64,000 nucleotides of DNA from Raja brachyura (lineage: Eukaryota). A program made the translations under genes and the position numbers. Shown one piece after another: positions 1 through 12,730 of this stretch; within the stretch, counting starts at the first letter, position 1; each line of letters opens with the position of its first letter. Where the stretch lies: NCBI GenBank assembly GCA_963514005.1, contig OY740786.1:50096001-50160000 (forward strand), written 5' to 3'. The notes below the pieces were generated by a model. That model did no database searches and was not told where the DNA came from. It was given only the letters and a program-made list of their open reading frames with translations.

Positions 1-6
1 GGCTTA

Positions 7-85
7 GGCCTGTCCCACTTTGCCCGTCACTTACGCGACAGACCGGTGGCGCGCGAAGAATTTGTTCGCTAAAAAATTTTGCACA
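7..85. mobile_element. Fragment of a Harbinger-type DNA transposon end (single TIR)
   Basis: TTA followed by GGCCTGTCCCACTT, resembling the TIR of the MITE at 59923-60444. No partner TIR was seen. Confidence 0.45.
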
Positions 86-615
86 ACTCCATACCCCTCC
101 AATGTTGTGTTCAAACTTTATTTAATATTAAGGATGTAATCCCTGATCTCCCACATAATCTCCCATTATGGCACTTGCACATTTTAATCTGCATTTTCTC
201 TGGAGCTGTAACACCTTAACATTGTACTTTGTGCACTCAAAGAGAGAATGGACAGTATGTTACGTCATTTAGTTACTAACTTTCTCCTCTCTCCATTAGT
301 ATTCCTCCACCGCACACTCAAAGCACATATCCATGAGCACTCAGTGTATAAATTGTATTGTTACAATTGAAGAAAAATTACTTTCAGTTAAATACAAATT
401 ATTTTTGTCTATTCTGACAAAGGTGACCCAGGAATTCAGATGGGAGAATAACAATAGTAATTCCCATTATCATTTACACTGAATTTTTCTTACGGACCTT
501 GTGTCAAGGGATGACACTTTCACAATGAGAGGACAAATTATTCAATTATGACAATAATTGACTACGTCAGACAACGCATAGAGGTCATTCTTGTGGAGTT
601 ATCCACTACTATTCT

Positions 616-755
616 GACTTCTTCTTGTGTATGGGGTGCACTGCCTAAAGTTGTAGAACAACTTGTTCTATTTGATCTTATTTGATTGTGCACGGCGGGT
701 TGATTGCATTCGTCGAAACGGGGCGGACCACGTGAAGGTTGCAATCTTCCACCCC
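616..755 (-). mobile_element. 140-bp short retroposon with a ribozyme head and an (AAG)n-like tail (RTE-type non-autonomous element)
   Basis: 8-bp TSD ACTATTCT at 608-615 and 756-763. The minus strand starts GGGGTGG and ends CACAAGAAGAAGTC. Confidence 0.8.
702..755 (-). ncRNA. Minimal HDV/CPEB3-like self-cleaving ribozyme (54 nt, P4 reduced to a loop)
   Basis: P1 GGGGUGG/CCGCCCC, P2 GAUUGCA/UGCAAUC, P3 ACC/GGU, L3 UUCACGU, J1/4 GU, UUCGA in place of P4, J4/2 CGAA with the candidate catalytic C at 712. Confidence 0.85.
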
Positions 756-1490
756 ACTATTCTACTAATGCCCAAGGATACACCTCATGGAACATGATGC
801 ATTCTTGACGGTAATTAAGGTATTGGAAAATGCTTTTGCTCTGTAGGGCACAGGATAAATGAACAGCAAGTACTCTCCAAAAGGACGAGGCATATATTAA
901 ATAAATTAATCCATTGTAAAGTAATAATATTTGTGAAGATGCTGTAGTTCATTCAACTACAGGTCCTTGAAGATATTTGACAGTTCAAACAATTGGAATG
1001 TGTAGATGAGGGAGGGAAATATTGTGTCATTTTCAAACTTCTAATCGCATTCAATTCATGAATGCAAATATATCCATCCTTCGACACAGAGTCTAAAAAT
1101 GCTTCTATTTAGGCAGCCCATAGAGATTTACGCGACTCAATTTTTTTGTATTCCCTTCTCCCACAATAAACTTTATTTTTATTTCGGACACAAGGTCCAG
1201 AGAAGGGATAACATTACATAAAAATACAATGCATATAAAAACATCGCAAAATACATATAAAATCTTAGTATGTCACATAAAAGCATCATAAATTATATAT
1301 ATTAAAAAAACGCAATACATGAATTAAAAAAATATATATATTTAGTGTTCTCTGCAAACATACTAACCTACCTATATTTTTGCCCAATTCATTCATTTAT
1401 TTATATCACAAACAGCAATGTCCCAGCAAAGATCCCTGCAGAACACCACTGGTCATAGATCTCCAGCCAGAATAAAAAACATCCTTCCAC

Positions 1491-3394
1491 CATAGAAAAC
1501 ATAGAAAAATAGATGAAGGAGTAGACCATTCGGCCCTTCGAGCCAGCACCGCCATTCAATATGATCATGGCTGATCATCTAACATCAGTAGCCTGTTCCT
1601 GCTTTTTCCCCATTTCCCCTGATTCCTTTAGCCGTAAGGGCTATATCCAACCCTCTCTCTTGAAAGCCACAGAGAATTCCACAGACTCACCACCCTCCAT
1701 GAGAAAATGTGTTTACTCATTTCCGTTCTAAATGGCTTACTCCTTATTCTTAAACTGTGGCCCCTGGTTCTGGAATCCCCCCGACATCGGGAACATGTTT
1801 CCTGCCTCTAGTGTGTCCAAACCCTTAACAATCTTATATGTTTCAATGAGATTCCCTCTCATCCTTCTAAACTCCAGAGTGTACAAGCCCAGCTGCTCCA
1901 TTCTCTCAGCATATGACAGTCCCGCCATCCTGGGAATTAACCTTGTAAACCTACGCTGCACTCCTTCAATAGCAAGAATGTCCTTCCTTAAATTAGGGGA
2001 CCAAAACTGCACACAATACTCCAAGTGTGGTCTCACTAGGGCTCTGTACAAATGTAGAAGGACCTATTTGCTCCCATATTCGATTTGTCTTGTTATAAAG
2101 GTGAACATGCCATTCGCTTTCTTCACCGCCTGCTGTACCAGCATGCTTACTTTCATAGACTGATGTACAAGGACCCCCAGATCCTGTTGTACTTCCCCTT
2201 TTCCCAACTTGATGCCATTTAGATTGTAATCTGTCTTCCTGTTTTTGCTACCAAAGTGGATAAGCTTACATTTATCCGCATTAAACTTCATCTGCCATGC
2301 ATCTGCCCACTCCGCCAACCTGTCCAAGTCATGCTGCATTCTCATAGCATCCTTCTCACAGTTCACACTGCCACCCAGCTTTGTGTCATCTGTAAATTTG
2401 CTAATGTTACTTTGAATCCCTTCATCCAAATCATTGATATATATTGTAAATAGCTGTGGACCCAGCACCGAGCATTGTGGTACCCCACTAGTCACTGCCT
2501 GCCATTCAGAAAGGGACCCATTAATCCTTACTCTTTGTTTCCTGTCTGCCAACCACTTCTCTATTCATGTCAGCACTCTACCCCCAATACCATGTGCCCT
2601 AATTTTGCCCACTAATCTCCTATGTGGGACCTTATCAAACACTTTCTGAAAGTCCAGGTACACCACATCCACTGGCTCTCCCTTGTCCATTTTCCTAGTT
2701 ATATTTTCAAAAAATTCCAGAAGATTGGTCAAGCACGATTTCCCCTTCGTAAATCCATGCTGACTCAGACCGATCCTGTTACTGCTATCCAAATGTGCGG
2801 CTATCTCATCTTTTATAATTGACTCCAGCATCTTCCTCACCACCAATGTCAGGCTAACTAGTCTATAATTCCCCGTTTTCTCTCTCCGCCTTTCTTAAAA
2901 AAGTGAGATAACATTAGCTACCTTCCAATCCACAGGAACTGATCCTGAGTCTATAGAATATTGGAAAATTATCACCAATGCATCTATGATTTCTAGAGCC
3001 ACTTCCTTAAGTACCTTGGAATGCGGACCATCAGGCCCTGGGGATTAATCAGCCTTCAGTGCCATCAGTCTATCCAACACCATTTCTAGCCTAATGTGGA
3101 TTTCCTTCAGTTCCTCTGTCACCCCAGATCCTCTGGCCACTACTTTATCAGGAAGATTGTTTGTGTTCTCCTTAGTGAAGACAGATCCAAAGTACCTGTT
3201 CAACTCATCTGCCATTTCCTTGTTCCCCAGAATAAATTCACCTTTTTCGGTTTTCAAGGGTCCAACTTTGATCTTAGCTAATTTTTTCCTCTTCACATAG
3301 CTAAAGAAGCTTTTACTGTCCTACTTTATATTCTTGCCTAGCTTACCTTCACACCTCATCTTGTCTCCCCGTATTGTTTTTTTGGTTATCTTCT
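1491..3394 (-). mobile_element. CR1 LINE, 5'-truncated, disrupted ORF2 (reverse transcriptase)
   Basis: ORF pieces QHGFTKGKSCLTNL, VYLDFQKVFDKVPH, SGVPQCSVLGP, KFTDDTK, YRALVRPHLEYCVQFW. Tail (CTATGTTT)-like repeat at 1491-1510. Contains stops and frameshifts. Confidence 0.93.
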
Positions 3395-4170
3395 ATTCAC
3401 TATTCTTAAACAGTGATCCCTGGTTCTGGACTCCCCCAACATTGGGAACATTTTTGTTGCAACTAGTCTGTCCAATCCTTTTAGAATTTAAATGTTTATA
3501 TACGATCTCTTCTCGTCCTTCTAAATTCCAGTGAATGAAAGCCCAGTTGACCCATTCTTTCATTATATGTCAGTCCCCCCATCACGGGAATTAACCTGGT
3601 GAACCTACGCTGCACTCCCTCAATGACAATAATGTCCTTCCTCAAATTAGGAGAACAAATTGGCTACCATCCAGTCCATAGGGACTGATCCAGAGTTGAG
3701 AGAATATTGGAAAATGATTACCAATGCATCCACGATTTCCAGGACCACCTCCTTGAGTACTCTGGGATGCAGACCATCTGGCCCTGAGGATTTATCTGCC
3801 TTCAATCGCAACTGTTTACCTAACATCATTTCCTGACTAATGTGGATTCCCTTCAGTTCATCCCACCCACTAGATCCTTGGTCCCCTAGTATTTTTGGGT
3901 GATTGTTTGTGTCTTCCTTAGTGAAGACAGAACCAAAGTACTCATTTAGCAGTTCTGCCATTTCCTTCTTTCCCATTATAAAATTACCTGTCTCTGATTG
4001 TAAGGGACCTATATTTGTCTTCATGAATCTTTTCCTTTTTACACATCTAACAAAGCTTTTGAGTCTGTTTTTATGTTCCCCACAAGCTTTCTTTCATGCT
4101 CTTTTTCCCCCCTCTTAATGACCCACTTTAGCCTCCTCTGTTAAGTTCTAAATTTCTCCCAGTCCTCCGA
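3395..4170 (-). mobile_element. Second CR1 LINE fragment with an internal deletion
   Basis: ORF 3647-4024 (KSSGPDGLHPRVLKE) is joined near 3655 directly to C-terminal ORF2 sequence homologous to about 1740-2000. Confidence 0.85.
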
Positions 4171-4199
4171 GGATTTAGATGGGACTTACATCAACTAGA

Positions 4200-4955
4200 T
4201 AATGACACAAAAAGCTGGAATAATTCAATGGGTCAGGTAGGATTTCTGGATAACATGGATAGGTGACATTTTGGATCGGGACCCGTCTTCAGACTGATTG
4301 TGGGGGAAGGGATTGGGGTAGAAAGCTGGAAGAGGGGAGGGACAGTACAAAGCCTGGCAGGTAATAGGCTGAAACAGCTGAGGGGGGCTATTAATAGGCA
4401 AATTGTGGACAAAAGCCAAGGGTAAAAAGGCAAGGTGTGAGAAAAAGATTGAAGAATTGCTAATGGTGAAGCCGGAAAAAGGATAGATAGGAGGGAAGAA
4501 ATAGATGTGAGTCTAGGTGGTGCTCAGGACATTCTCTCATTGCTATAGATAGGTAGTTAACATGAGAGGCCAAAAGGTATCTTACTGTGCTGTATAAATC
4601 TATCTTTCAACAGAAAAGATAGACACAAAATGCTGGAGTAACTCAGCGGGACAGGCAGCATCTCTGGAGAAAAGGAATGGGTGACGTTACGGGTCGAGAC
4701 CCTTCTTCAGACTGAGAGTCAGGGGAGAGGGAGACTCAGAGATATGGAAAGGTAAGGTGTTCAAGGAAATTGTAGAGTAGATCATTGTTAGCTAGGAAGT
4801 GATGACAAAGCAAACAGAGATAAAATGTCATCGGAGACAGTCAGACTGGTCAGAGAACCGGGAAAGTGGAGGGATGGAGAGAGAGGGAAAGCAATGGTTA
4901 CTTAAAGATAGAGAAGTCAATGTTCATACCGCTGGCGTATCAGCTGCCCAAGCGT
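4200..4955 (-). mobile_element. Two Penelope-like 3' end fragments with hammerhead-like motif
   Basis: Reverse copies of CTGAAGAAGGGTCTCGACCCG(A/T)AACGTCACC at about 4262-4293 and 4681-4710. Segment 4895-4955 matches the end of the GIY-YIG ORF at about 31830-31890. Confidence 0.7.
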
Positions 4956-6113
4956 AGAAAAGTCCTGTTCAGCTATCACCTCTGTGCTGATTGATTTATA
5001 TTGTTCTTTGGACAACATCTGCCCCAGAGATAAAATGGTCTTGCTTGTAGTCAAATCCTTCCAAGGCATTTCTATAAGCACATCAAAATCTTCCATAAAC
5101 TCCGTTCCTGCAACTCCAGCTTATAAAGCACTTGTCTTATTTTTAAATGGTAGGCATGAACTTTTTTGAAATATCCTCACCTCTCCAATTCTCTTTTGCC
5201 CTGCTTCAGCCTACATCCTTATACAAATGTGTCCATCAGTGTGTCTTGCTGTTACATTTTCCTTGATTCTGTAAAGCATTGGGGGATATTTTCTTACATT
5301 AACGCACTTTATAAAATCATGTTGTTGATGGTATTGTACACTTACTCCTTCATTGCTATTTAGTTATGCATCACAAAATGATTTTGTTTTATTTATTACA
5401 ATGGTTGTCGAGTAACGTCCACAATTATATTGCTGCTCTGAAATTACAATTGTATGGAGTTGTGGGAGAAATGTCCACACAAATTTTCTTCAGATAATGA
5501 CATATTATATGTGGAATTGATCCAAAACATTAAATTACTACGGTCTCACTTTTATTATTTAATATCAATCTGATCACATTAATGTCAGTGGTTAATATCG
5601 CACAAGTGATAGTCCCTTTATAAAACAGGAAGATTAGCTCAGACCAGTGACAAGGAAGTCCAGTTAAAATAATTTCTCTGGGTTTTTTTTTCTGTAAATA
5701 TGAGTGAAATTTGCATTCTAGTGTTGTTGCTGAATGTGTAGTGATACATGTTACAATTCTATGACAACAAATCAATATAAAAGCAGATATTAATGCAGGA
5801 TCTGAGCCTTATCAAGCCCTTTGTCCCTTAATGCAGCTTTAGTTTGTGATTTACAGCAACAAAGACAACTAGGATCCAGACAATTGTTTTATTGAGATTA
5901 AATGAGAACTTACCAGTTTGAAGTTTGATCTTTATTTTATGAGGAGTTGCGATGAGGGATTTTGTGAAGACCCCGCCAGCACGCATGCGCGACATTCTTC
6001 AAAGCAGCGGTGTGGAATCACAGAACCAACAACAAGGAAATGACTTGTTATAGTAAGATTGAAGAGACTCTATATACCAGTTGACCTTATGATAGAGGGT
6101 TGGGAGCGGAGGG

Positions 6114-6226
6114 CAAGAAATCCCTCATCGCAACGCCTCATAAAATAAAGATCAAACTTCAAACTGGTAAGTCCTCATTTAATCTTACTATTTCATTTCG
6201 GAGTCACGTGAGTGACTTCGTGAAGA
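6114..6226 (-). repeat. DIRS internal complementary region (ICR), copy 1
   Basis: 6114-6190 is the reverse complement of about 5895-5966, and 6190-6226 is the reverse complement of about 10325-10361. Confidence 0.9.
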
Positions 6227-6372
6227 TTTCAAAGCTCTGTGATTTCATGCCCTGGATCATGTCCATGCTCTCACACATGCCACAATATGAATGGATAGGA
6301 GTATAAACATGTTTCAGACTGAATGTACTGAAAAATAATAATGTTTATTAATCATAAACAAAAAGAAACCCC

Positions 6373-7367
6373 TCACTGGGGAATAACTGTATGTTGTTGA
6401 CCAGCACTCAGCACGGCCTCTGCGAACATAACAGGAGCGGTAACAGGTTTATTGTAAAACCGCTGAAAGGTGGCTTCACTAGCCCAGCCTGCTGTGGCAA
6501 AAATATGATCCATGGGCACCTCCATGACCTTCGCCGCCAACGTGGATGCAGCCCTGGTGGAATGGGATTTAAAGACATTAATGTCAATACCTGCTGCATC
6601 CAACATGACCCTGAGCCACCTGGAGATCATCTGTACTGACACTCTGTGATTTTGTTTCTTATGGCTTATCAGCAGATACTTCTCCATTCCCCTTAGGGTC
6701 CGCGTCACTTTTATATAATGATGGATATGGGTGGCTAAACAGAGCCTCACATCAGCGGGGTATACCGGAAAAACCAGCTGCAGCCCTGTAAATCCAGGTC
6801 TGTGCTGCTTCAGTAACTCGTCAATGTAAAAAGTTACTTTCTCCGGGGTAGAGACCATTCTGTCAATATTGATTTTTTGTAATGTCTGTACCCATTGTGC
6901 TGATGTTAGTGCCAATAACATCACCAATTTCAAGGCGAGTTTGTCCAAAGAAAGTCCAACCATGGGTGACCATGTCCTGAGTAGGGTTAATACTACCTCA
7001 ATGTCCCAGGTGACATTGTAACGTGGTCGGGGAGGGTTTGAATTAAATATACCCCTCATCAATTTGGGCACTAGTTTGTGTGATCCTACTTCAATGGTAA
7101 GGTAGGAGGATAGTGTACTTCTGGCACTATTGATGGCATTGATTGGTAGCTGAGGTGTTCATCATGATGCAACCCCGCAAGAAATTCCAACACATGTGGT
7201 ATAGTTTCGGAGTCATATGATATGTTCATCCGGCTGCAGTACGCCTCCCATTTTCTTATTTGGGTTAGGTATTGCCGTCTTGTTGACTCCCTGCACAATG
7301 CTCCGATGGTATCCATGGTCCTTGGTGTGAGACCATATTGCAGTAGGAGTCTGTTCAAAACCTGCAG
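6373..7367 (-). pseudogene. DIRS tyrosine recombinase, copy 1 (frameshifted)
   Basis: ORFs 7086-7493 and 6373-7071 carry HSTR, AGW and FY. The first catalytic Arg is changed to Trp (SAQW versus SAQR in copy 2). Confidence 0.9.
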
Positions 7368-8746
7368 GCCAATAAGTTCAAGTGACTGTGGCAGGGATGG
7401 CATTCCCCTGTAACAGGGTTCGTCACCAATTGAGGGCATTTTTCCAAAATAGCCCATGGTTCTCTGATCATCCCAAGAACCACCAGACACCATGGTTGTG
7501 TAGGCCAGTCAGGTATGATTAGAATGCCTTTTGCAGAATCTAATTTGATTTTCCGCAATATCCGACTGATGAGGCAAAATGGAGGAAATGCATAGAAAAA
7601 CCATTTCCCCCAGTGCAGCGAGAAAGCGTCCATCGCTATTGCCCCAGGATCTGGTTCCCATGATACATATGTTGGTACCTGATGGTTTAACCGTGACACA
7701 AATAGATCAATATCCGGTTTACCAAATTTGGCTGTGCTTTTTGTAAATATTTGGGGATTTAACATCCATTCAATGTTATCATTGAATATTCATGACCTGG
7801 TGTCCACCACTGTGTTGAGCTTACCTGGATATCCAAATATTACGTTGTATGCACCAGAGCCAAATTGTGTTAGCCAATTCATCGCAAGAAATTGACCTGA
7901 TACCGCCCATATGGTTTAAATATGCCACCACAGTGGTATTTTCTATTTGGAGATGGAATAAGCTCTTAGTCCGTAAAATGCTCCAAGCATCTCCAAATAA
8001 TTTATCCCTCGTGACAACAAAAGGGTAAATTCTTGTGAGTCCCATCTGCCACCACAACTAGAGTTGTTGTCAGTAGCTCCGCAGCCATGGGAACTTGCGT
8101 CAGTTTGTAAATACACCGACGCGCAAGGCACAATGATGGGTTTGAATGAGTTACAAATATTGTCAATTCACCATTGTAACTCAATTTTTGCCTTAATTGG
8201 CAGCTGCGTAGGTCTATCAAAATGTCCAGCATTCAATTTTAATGCTGAAATCTTGGATCTTTGCAAATTTTGATAATATAAAGGTCCAAATTGGGTAGCT
8301 GGAAAAGTGGCTATCAATTTCCCCATTACCTTGGCAGCATGCCTAATTGTTGGTGTACTGGCGCAGACCAGATTATTACATGCCTCGATGATGTCCATAG
8401 CTTTGTTAATTGGTATGGAGGTAATCATTTGATTGGTATCAACTGTGAATCCCAGATAGTCCATAACCTGTGATGGACAGAACTTTGATTTATCTGGATG
8501 GATTATAAACCCCATTTTTGGAATAATGAAACAGTGGCTGTGACTGCCAATTTCGTTGATTTCAGGGTATGTCCTATAATTAGGATATCATCCAAATATG
8601 CCATAACCATATGTTTTTGTCTTCTCAGTGTTGCTAACACTGGTTTTAGTAATTTGGTAAACAATTTGGGAGCTGTAGTAAGCCCATTAGGCAAGGCTTT
8701 GTATTGCCAAAGTTGATCCATCCAAACAATCTTCAACAACTTCCTG
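7355..8746 (-). pseudogene. DIRS pol remnant (partial RT, RNase H, adenine-MTase-like domain), copy 1
   Basis: ALPNGL, YLDD, TDAS, INYLEM, IDLF and YAFPPF are spread over several frameshifted ORFs. Confidence 0.9.
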
Positions 8747-10159
8747 AGCAATTTCAGGTGCCACAGATTCGTGAACCCGAATCTCTTCCTCTTCCCCTGG
8801 CTACCTTGTACTTCCCATCAATGATAGGGATATATTACCTCCCATTGAAAGTCTCCTGGAACTGGGCACGTCCTGCTGTTGCAGATTTTGTTAGAAACAT
8901 AGAAACATAGAAAATAGGTGCAGGAGTAGGCCATTCGGCCCTTCGAGCCTGCACCGCCATTCAATGTGATCATGGCTGATCATCCAACTCAGTATCCCGT
9001 ACCTGCCTTCTCTCCATACCCCCTGATCCCTTTAGCCACAAGTGCCACATCTAACGCCCTCTTAAATATAGCCAATGAACTGGCCTCAACTACCTTCTGT
9101 GGCAGAGAATTCCAGAGACTCACCACTCTCTGTGTAAAGAATGTTTTCCTCATTTCGGTCCTAAAGGAATTCCCCCTTATCCTTAGACTGTGACCCCTTG
9201 TTCTGGACTCCCCCAACATCGGGAACAATCTTCCAGCATCTAGCTGTCCAACCCCTTAAGAATTGTTGCAGGATGTGCTCCATCATACGTTCCATACATT
9301 CCATACGACCTTCTCCACCATATGCAGATGATAGGTCGGAACCCTCAGGTCTGAAGGAACTCCTGAGGCTTCTATCACTGGCCCGTACCTCATCGAGGTA
9401 AGAATCCCGGTGCCGTGATAGGAAGTTGCTACCTGCCGCAGCTGCGGGGCTATGCGACTCCCACGCAGACCCGCCGCTCGTTCACCGTCTTCCAAACGAG
9501 AATGGCCCGCTAGCCTCAAAGGACATATGCGGTGAAAAGGCGGCACCTGACGCCGCAGCGTGGTGACCCGACGTCCGCACGGGCTTGCCGCCTGTCCTCC
9601 TTATGGATAAAGGCGACGAACGGTCACATCCTGCCACTAATGGGCGGTGCGGTGACCGTGATGAGACTCCACCTGCCCGAGATTTACTGGCCTTGCTGGG
9701 TGGTGAGTCAATACTGGCCCTGGTTGGTATGCCAGTAGACCCTGGTCTCGATAATTCACCTGTCCGGTTTGTTCCGGTGAAAAATCAGCCCTAGCAGGGC
9801 TTGACTGTAGAGCAGCTCTTCCCCTAGCTCATCCTCGAGTGGCCCGAGTGGCTGGGTAGAAAGACCGTGCCGTAGAACGGGTAACACGTCTGCTCATCTC
9901 AACCAAACTCTCCCTTGCAGAGGGAGATAATGATAGAGTCAGGATCTTGTATTACCTGCTCTGGCGCTGTACTCCCACTTTGCTGTTCTGAAAGCAGCTG
10001 TGTAGGTGGGTCGGGTCCTGTGGTCCCAGGGCTGCCCGACTTTCGCGCCTTTTCCCCGGCCCGACTAGCAGGTGTTGCCGTTGTAGAAAGTAGCTCCGGG
10101 AAAAGTGGTCGTCGACTTCTTTCAGAAGTCCTGCGACCCGTATTTTTGCTCCTATCCAT
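8740..10159 (-). pseudogene. DIRS gag N-terminal remnant, copy 1
   Basis: MDRSKNTGRRTSERS..GPDPPTQL is homologous to the copy 2 gag start. Interrupted by CR1, frameshifts and the deletion. Confidence 0.8.
8893..9262 (-). mobile_element. CR1 3' fragment inserted in DIRS gag
   Basis: Tail AGAAACATAGAAACATAG and ORF ESRTRGHSLRI..FFTQRVVSLWNSLP. TTGTT at 8888-8892 and 9263-9267 is a candidate TSD. Confidence 0.9.
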
Positions 10160-11905
10160 ATTCCCTGTGAACAGAATAGTTCTAAAACTGGAAACAACCA
10201 GCTCAAGGTTAGCTATACTTACCTGAGCGGCTTCTTATGAAGGGCTGGTGGTGAGACGCGCTCCACCGCCAGCCGTCGACTGCAAATGCGAGCGACGATA
10301 TGTCGTGCATGCGTGCTAGTGGGGTCTTCACGAAGTCACTCACGTGACTCGGAAATGAAATCTGGGCAGTGAATCGGTAAATCTCTTCCGCACCCTCTCC
10401 AAAACCTCCACATTCTGTAATGGGGCGACTAGAACAGCACACAATAGACCAAATGTGATCTAACCAATGTCCTGTGAAGCTGCAACTTAACTCCCTGGAA
10501 ATCATCTCTACACTACTCTACCAACCTTCATATAATCTGGACAGAGTCATCTGAGGCAATTCCCTAGTTACATCATCATATGCCTTTATATCTATAAGGT
10601 CAGTAAGCAATCACCCTGAAACATTTTACAGTAGACAGCGAGTATTGTAATAGTGACTTTAGGAAATCATCCTGCTCTTCTGCAAAGGTACACTTCAGGT
10701 GTTTCTTTCCACACCCATTCCAAAGATAGGAAATGTTAGAGGGATTTGGGACAAAAACAGGCAGGTGGAATTAGTGTAGATGGGCATCTTGGTTGACATG
10801 GACAAGTTGGGCCGAAGGGTCTTTTTCTGCGCAAATGACTCTATAACTATCTCAAAGATATACAGGTTGGTAGGTGAGTGTTTGATGGTCAGCACAGACT
10901 GGTTGAGCTGAAGGATGTTGACATGTTATATCTCTCTATGATCCCATGTCTCTATTCCCTTCTCCATGGCTTCAATCACATTTATCCTTTCCAGCACCTC
11001 CCCTCCTTCCTCTCTCAGTCAAATTAAAGTCATTGTCATACAGCACTGAAACAAGTCATAAATCTCACCGATACTAGGCTGACAAACATGCATGTTTAAA
11101 ACAAATCTTAATACATGCTATTCTTCCCAAGTTTCCTTCAACTTCCCCTTCTGCTGTGTCTACTACGCATCTAGAGGAAAACAATGTGAACATGAAAAAA
11201 ACATACAAATTTCACATAGACAACACCGTCAATTTTTGTGTCATGTCCAATCTTAATATCTATGTTAATTACATTGTCAATCAATCTGTTAAAATAGATG
11301 ACAAACAACAGCAGACCCAGTACTTATTTCCGTACTTCTGTAGCATACCACTGGTCCCACGTCACCAGTCTGAATAACAACCTTCCACTGCCACACTCTG
11401 ACACCTCTCATGAGGCTATCTTATATCCAATTAGTTAGCTCAACCTGGATCTCTTGTAATCTGACAGACCAGCCTGCAGTGCAATACGTTCTTGTAAAAA
11501 GCCTTGTTAGAGTCCACATAGATGATCTTTACCACCCTGTCCAATACAATTGCACTGTCAAAAGAAAATTTGCTGGGTCAGTCCAGAAAAATCAATGATA
11601 ATGGACCCAAAGAGATATACAGAAATATGTTTCCAATGTTAGAATAGATAAATGCATCCCTATGGCTAAAACAATTCATCTGTACAAAGATTTGAAGCCA
11701 CCAATTTTCAGTATACTGATCACAGGGAGTTTTCAAGGTCATACTGACTATCTGACTATCATAGGATTTTTAAGGGTGAATGTCTGATGATATTTATATA
11801 TATCGAAGAATATTCCTAATTTTAAGATGGTATCACTAGGAGACTGACTTAGATCGCTGAGCCTAGACCAAATTAATCCTTTAAATGCAAAGATATTTTC
11901 ATATC

Positions 11906-12220
11906 GGGTGGCACGGTGGCGCAGCAGTATAGTTGCTGCCTTACAGCACTTACAATGCCAGAGACCTGGATTCGATCCCAACTCTCGGTGCTTGTCTCTA
12001 CGGAGTTTGCACATTGACCCCGTGACCTGCGTGGGTTTTCTCCAAGATCTTCGGTTTCCTCTCGAAGGTCTGTAAAGACATACAGGTTTGTAGGTTCATT
12101 GGCTTGGTATAAATGTAAATTGACCCTGGTGTGTGTAGGATAGTGTTAAAGTGCAGGGACCGCTGGTCAGTGCAGAGTCGGTGGGCCGAAGTGCCTGTTT
12201 CTACGCTGTATCTCTAAACA
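11906..12220 (+). mobile_element. tRNA-derived SINE
   Basis: A-box-like GGTGGCGCAGCAGT, B-box-like GATTCGATCC, core CCCCGTGACCTGCGTGGGTTTTCTCC, LINE-like tail CTGTATCTCTAAAC. Confidence 0.85.
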
Positions 12221-12329
12221 AAATATAGTGCAATTAAATGACAGACCATGCAATCCATGGTCACACCCCTCCGCTCTTTCCCATGCCTTCCACCCACAAA
12301 AACACACATATTTCTCCACCATCTGCGAT

Positions 12330-12730
12330 CACGCTCCCCGTCAATCTGCTTTGTTTCCTTCTTTCTATACTCGCCTTCCATCCACAAATCTCACATTCAT
12401 CCGCCTTCTTTTCCCCTTCCCCCCCTGTCCCATTCTTACCATATCTCTCCCATCAGCTTTCCATTTCACTCGTCTTCTTATTTAATCTAACACTCCGTTG
12501 GCTCCTTTTCATCTCTTGTATTTGTCACTTTCTCTACCCATCTGCCTATCATCCCCCTAACCTGTATCTGCACATCACTTGTCAGGCTTTGTCCCACCCT
12601 CACTTTGTTTTTCCAGTCTTCTTACTACTGCAATCAGTCTGAAGAAGTATCGGAACCCGAAGCATCATCTGTCCATTCCCTCCACAGATGCTGCCTGATC
12701 TACTGAGTTCCTCCAGCATTTTGTGTTTAT
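12330..12730 (+). mobile_element. Penelope-like 3' region with degenerate hammerhead-like motif
   Basis: Pyrimidine-rich tract, then CAATCAGTCTGAAGAAG..CCCGAAGC..GATGCTGCCTGA..CCAGCATTTTGTG. Confidence 0.6.

Larger units (their letters stand above)
5890..10361 (-). mobile_element. DIRS1-type tyrosine-recombinase retrotransposon, copy 1 (defective)
   Basis: Inverted termini plus ICR at about 6114-6226. Gag, RT (YLDD), RNase H, MT-like and YR remnants, collinear with copy 2. Has a deletion of about 1.27 kb and a CR1 insertion. Confidence 0.95.

Noticed and set aside
11906-11990. tRNA gene
   Set aside because: The A/B boxes run straight into a SINE core and tail, and no cloverleaf could be supported.
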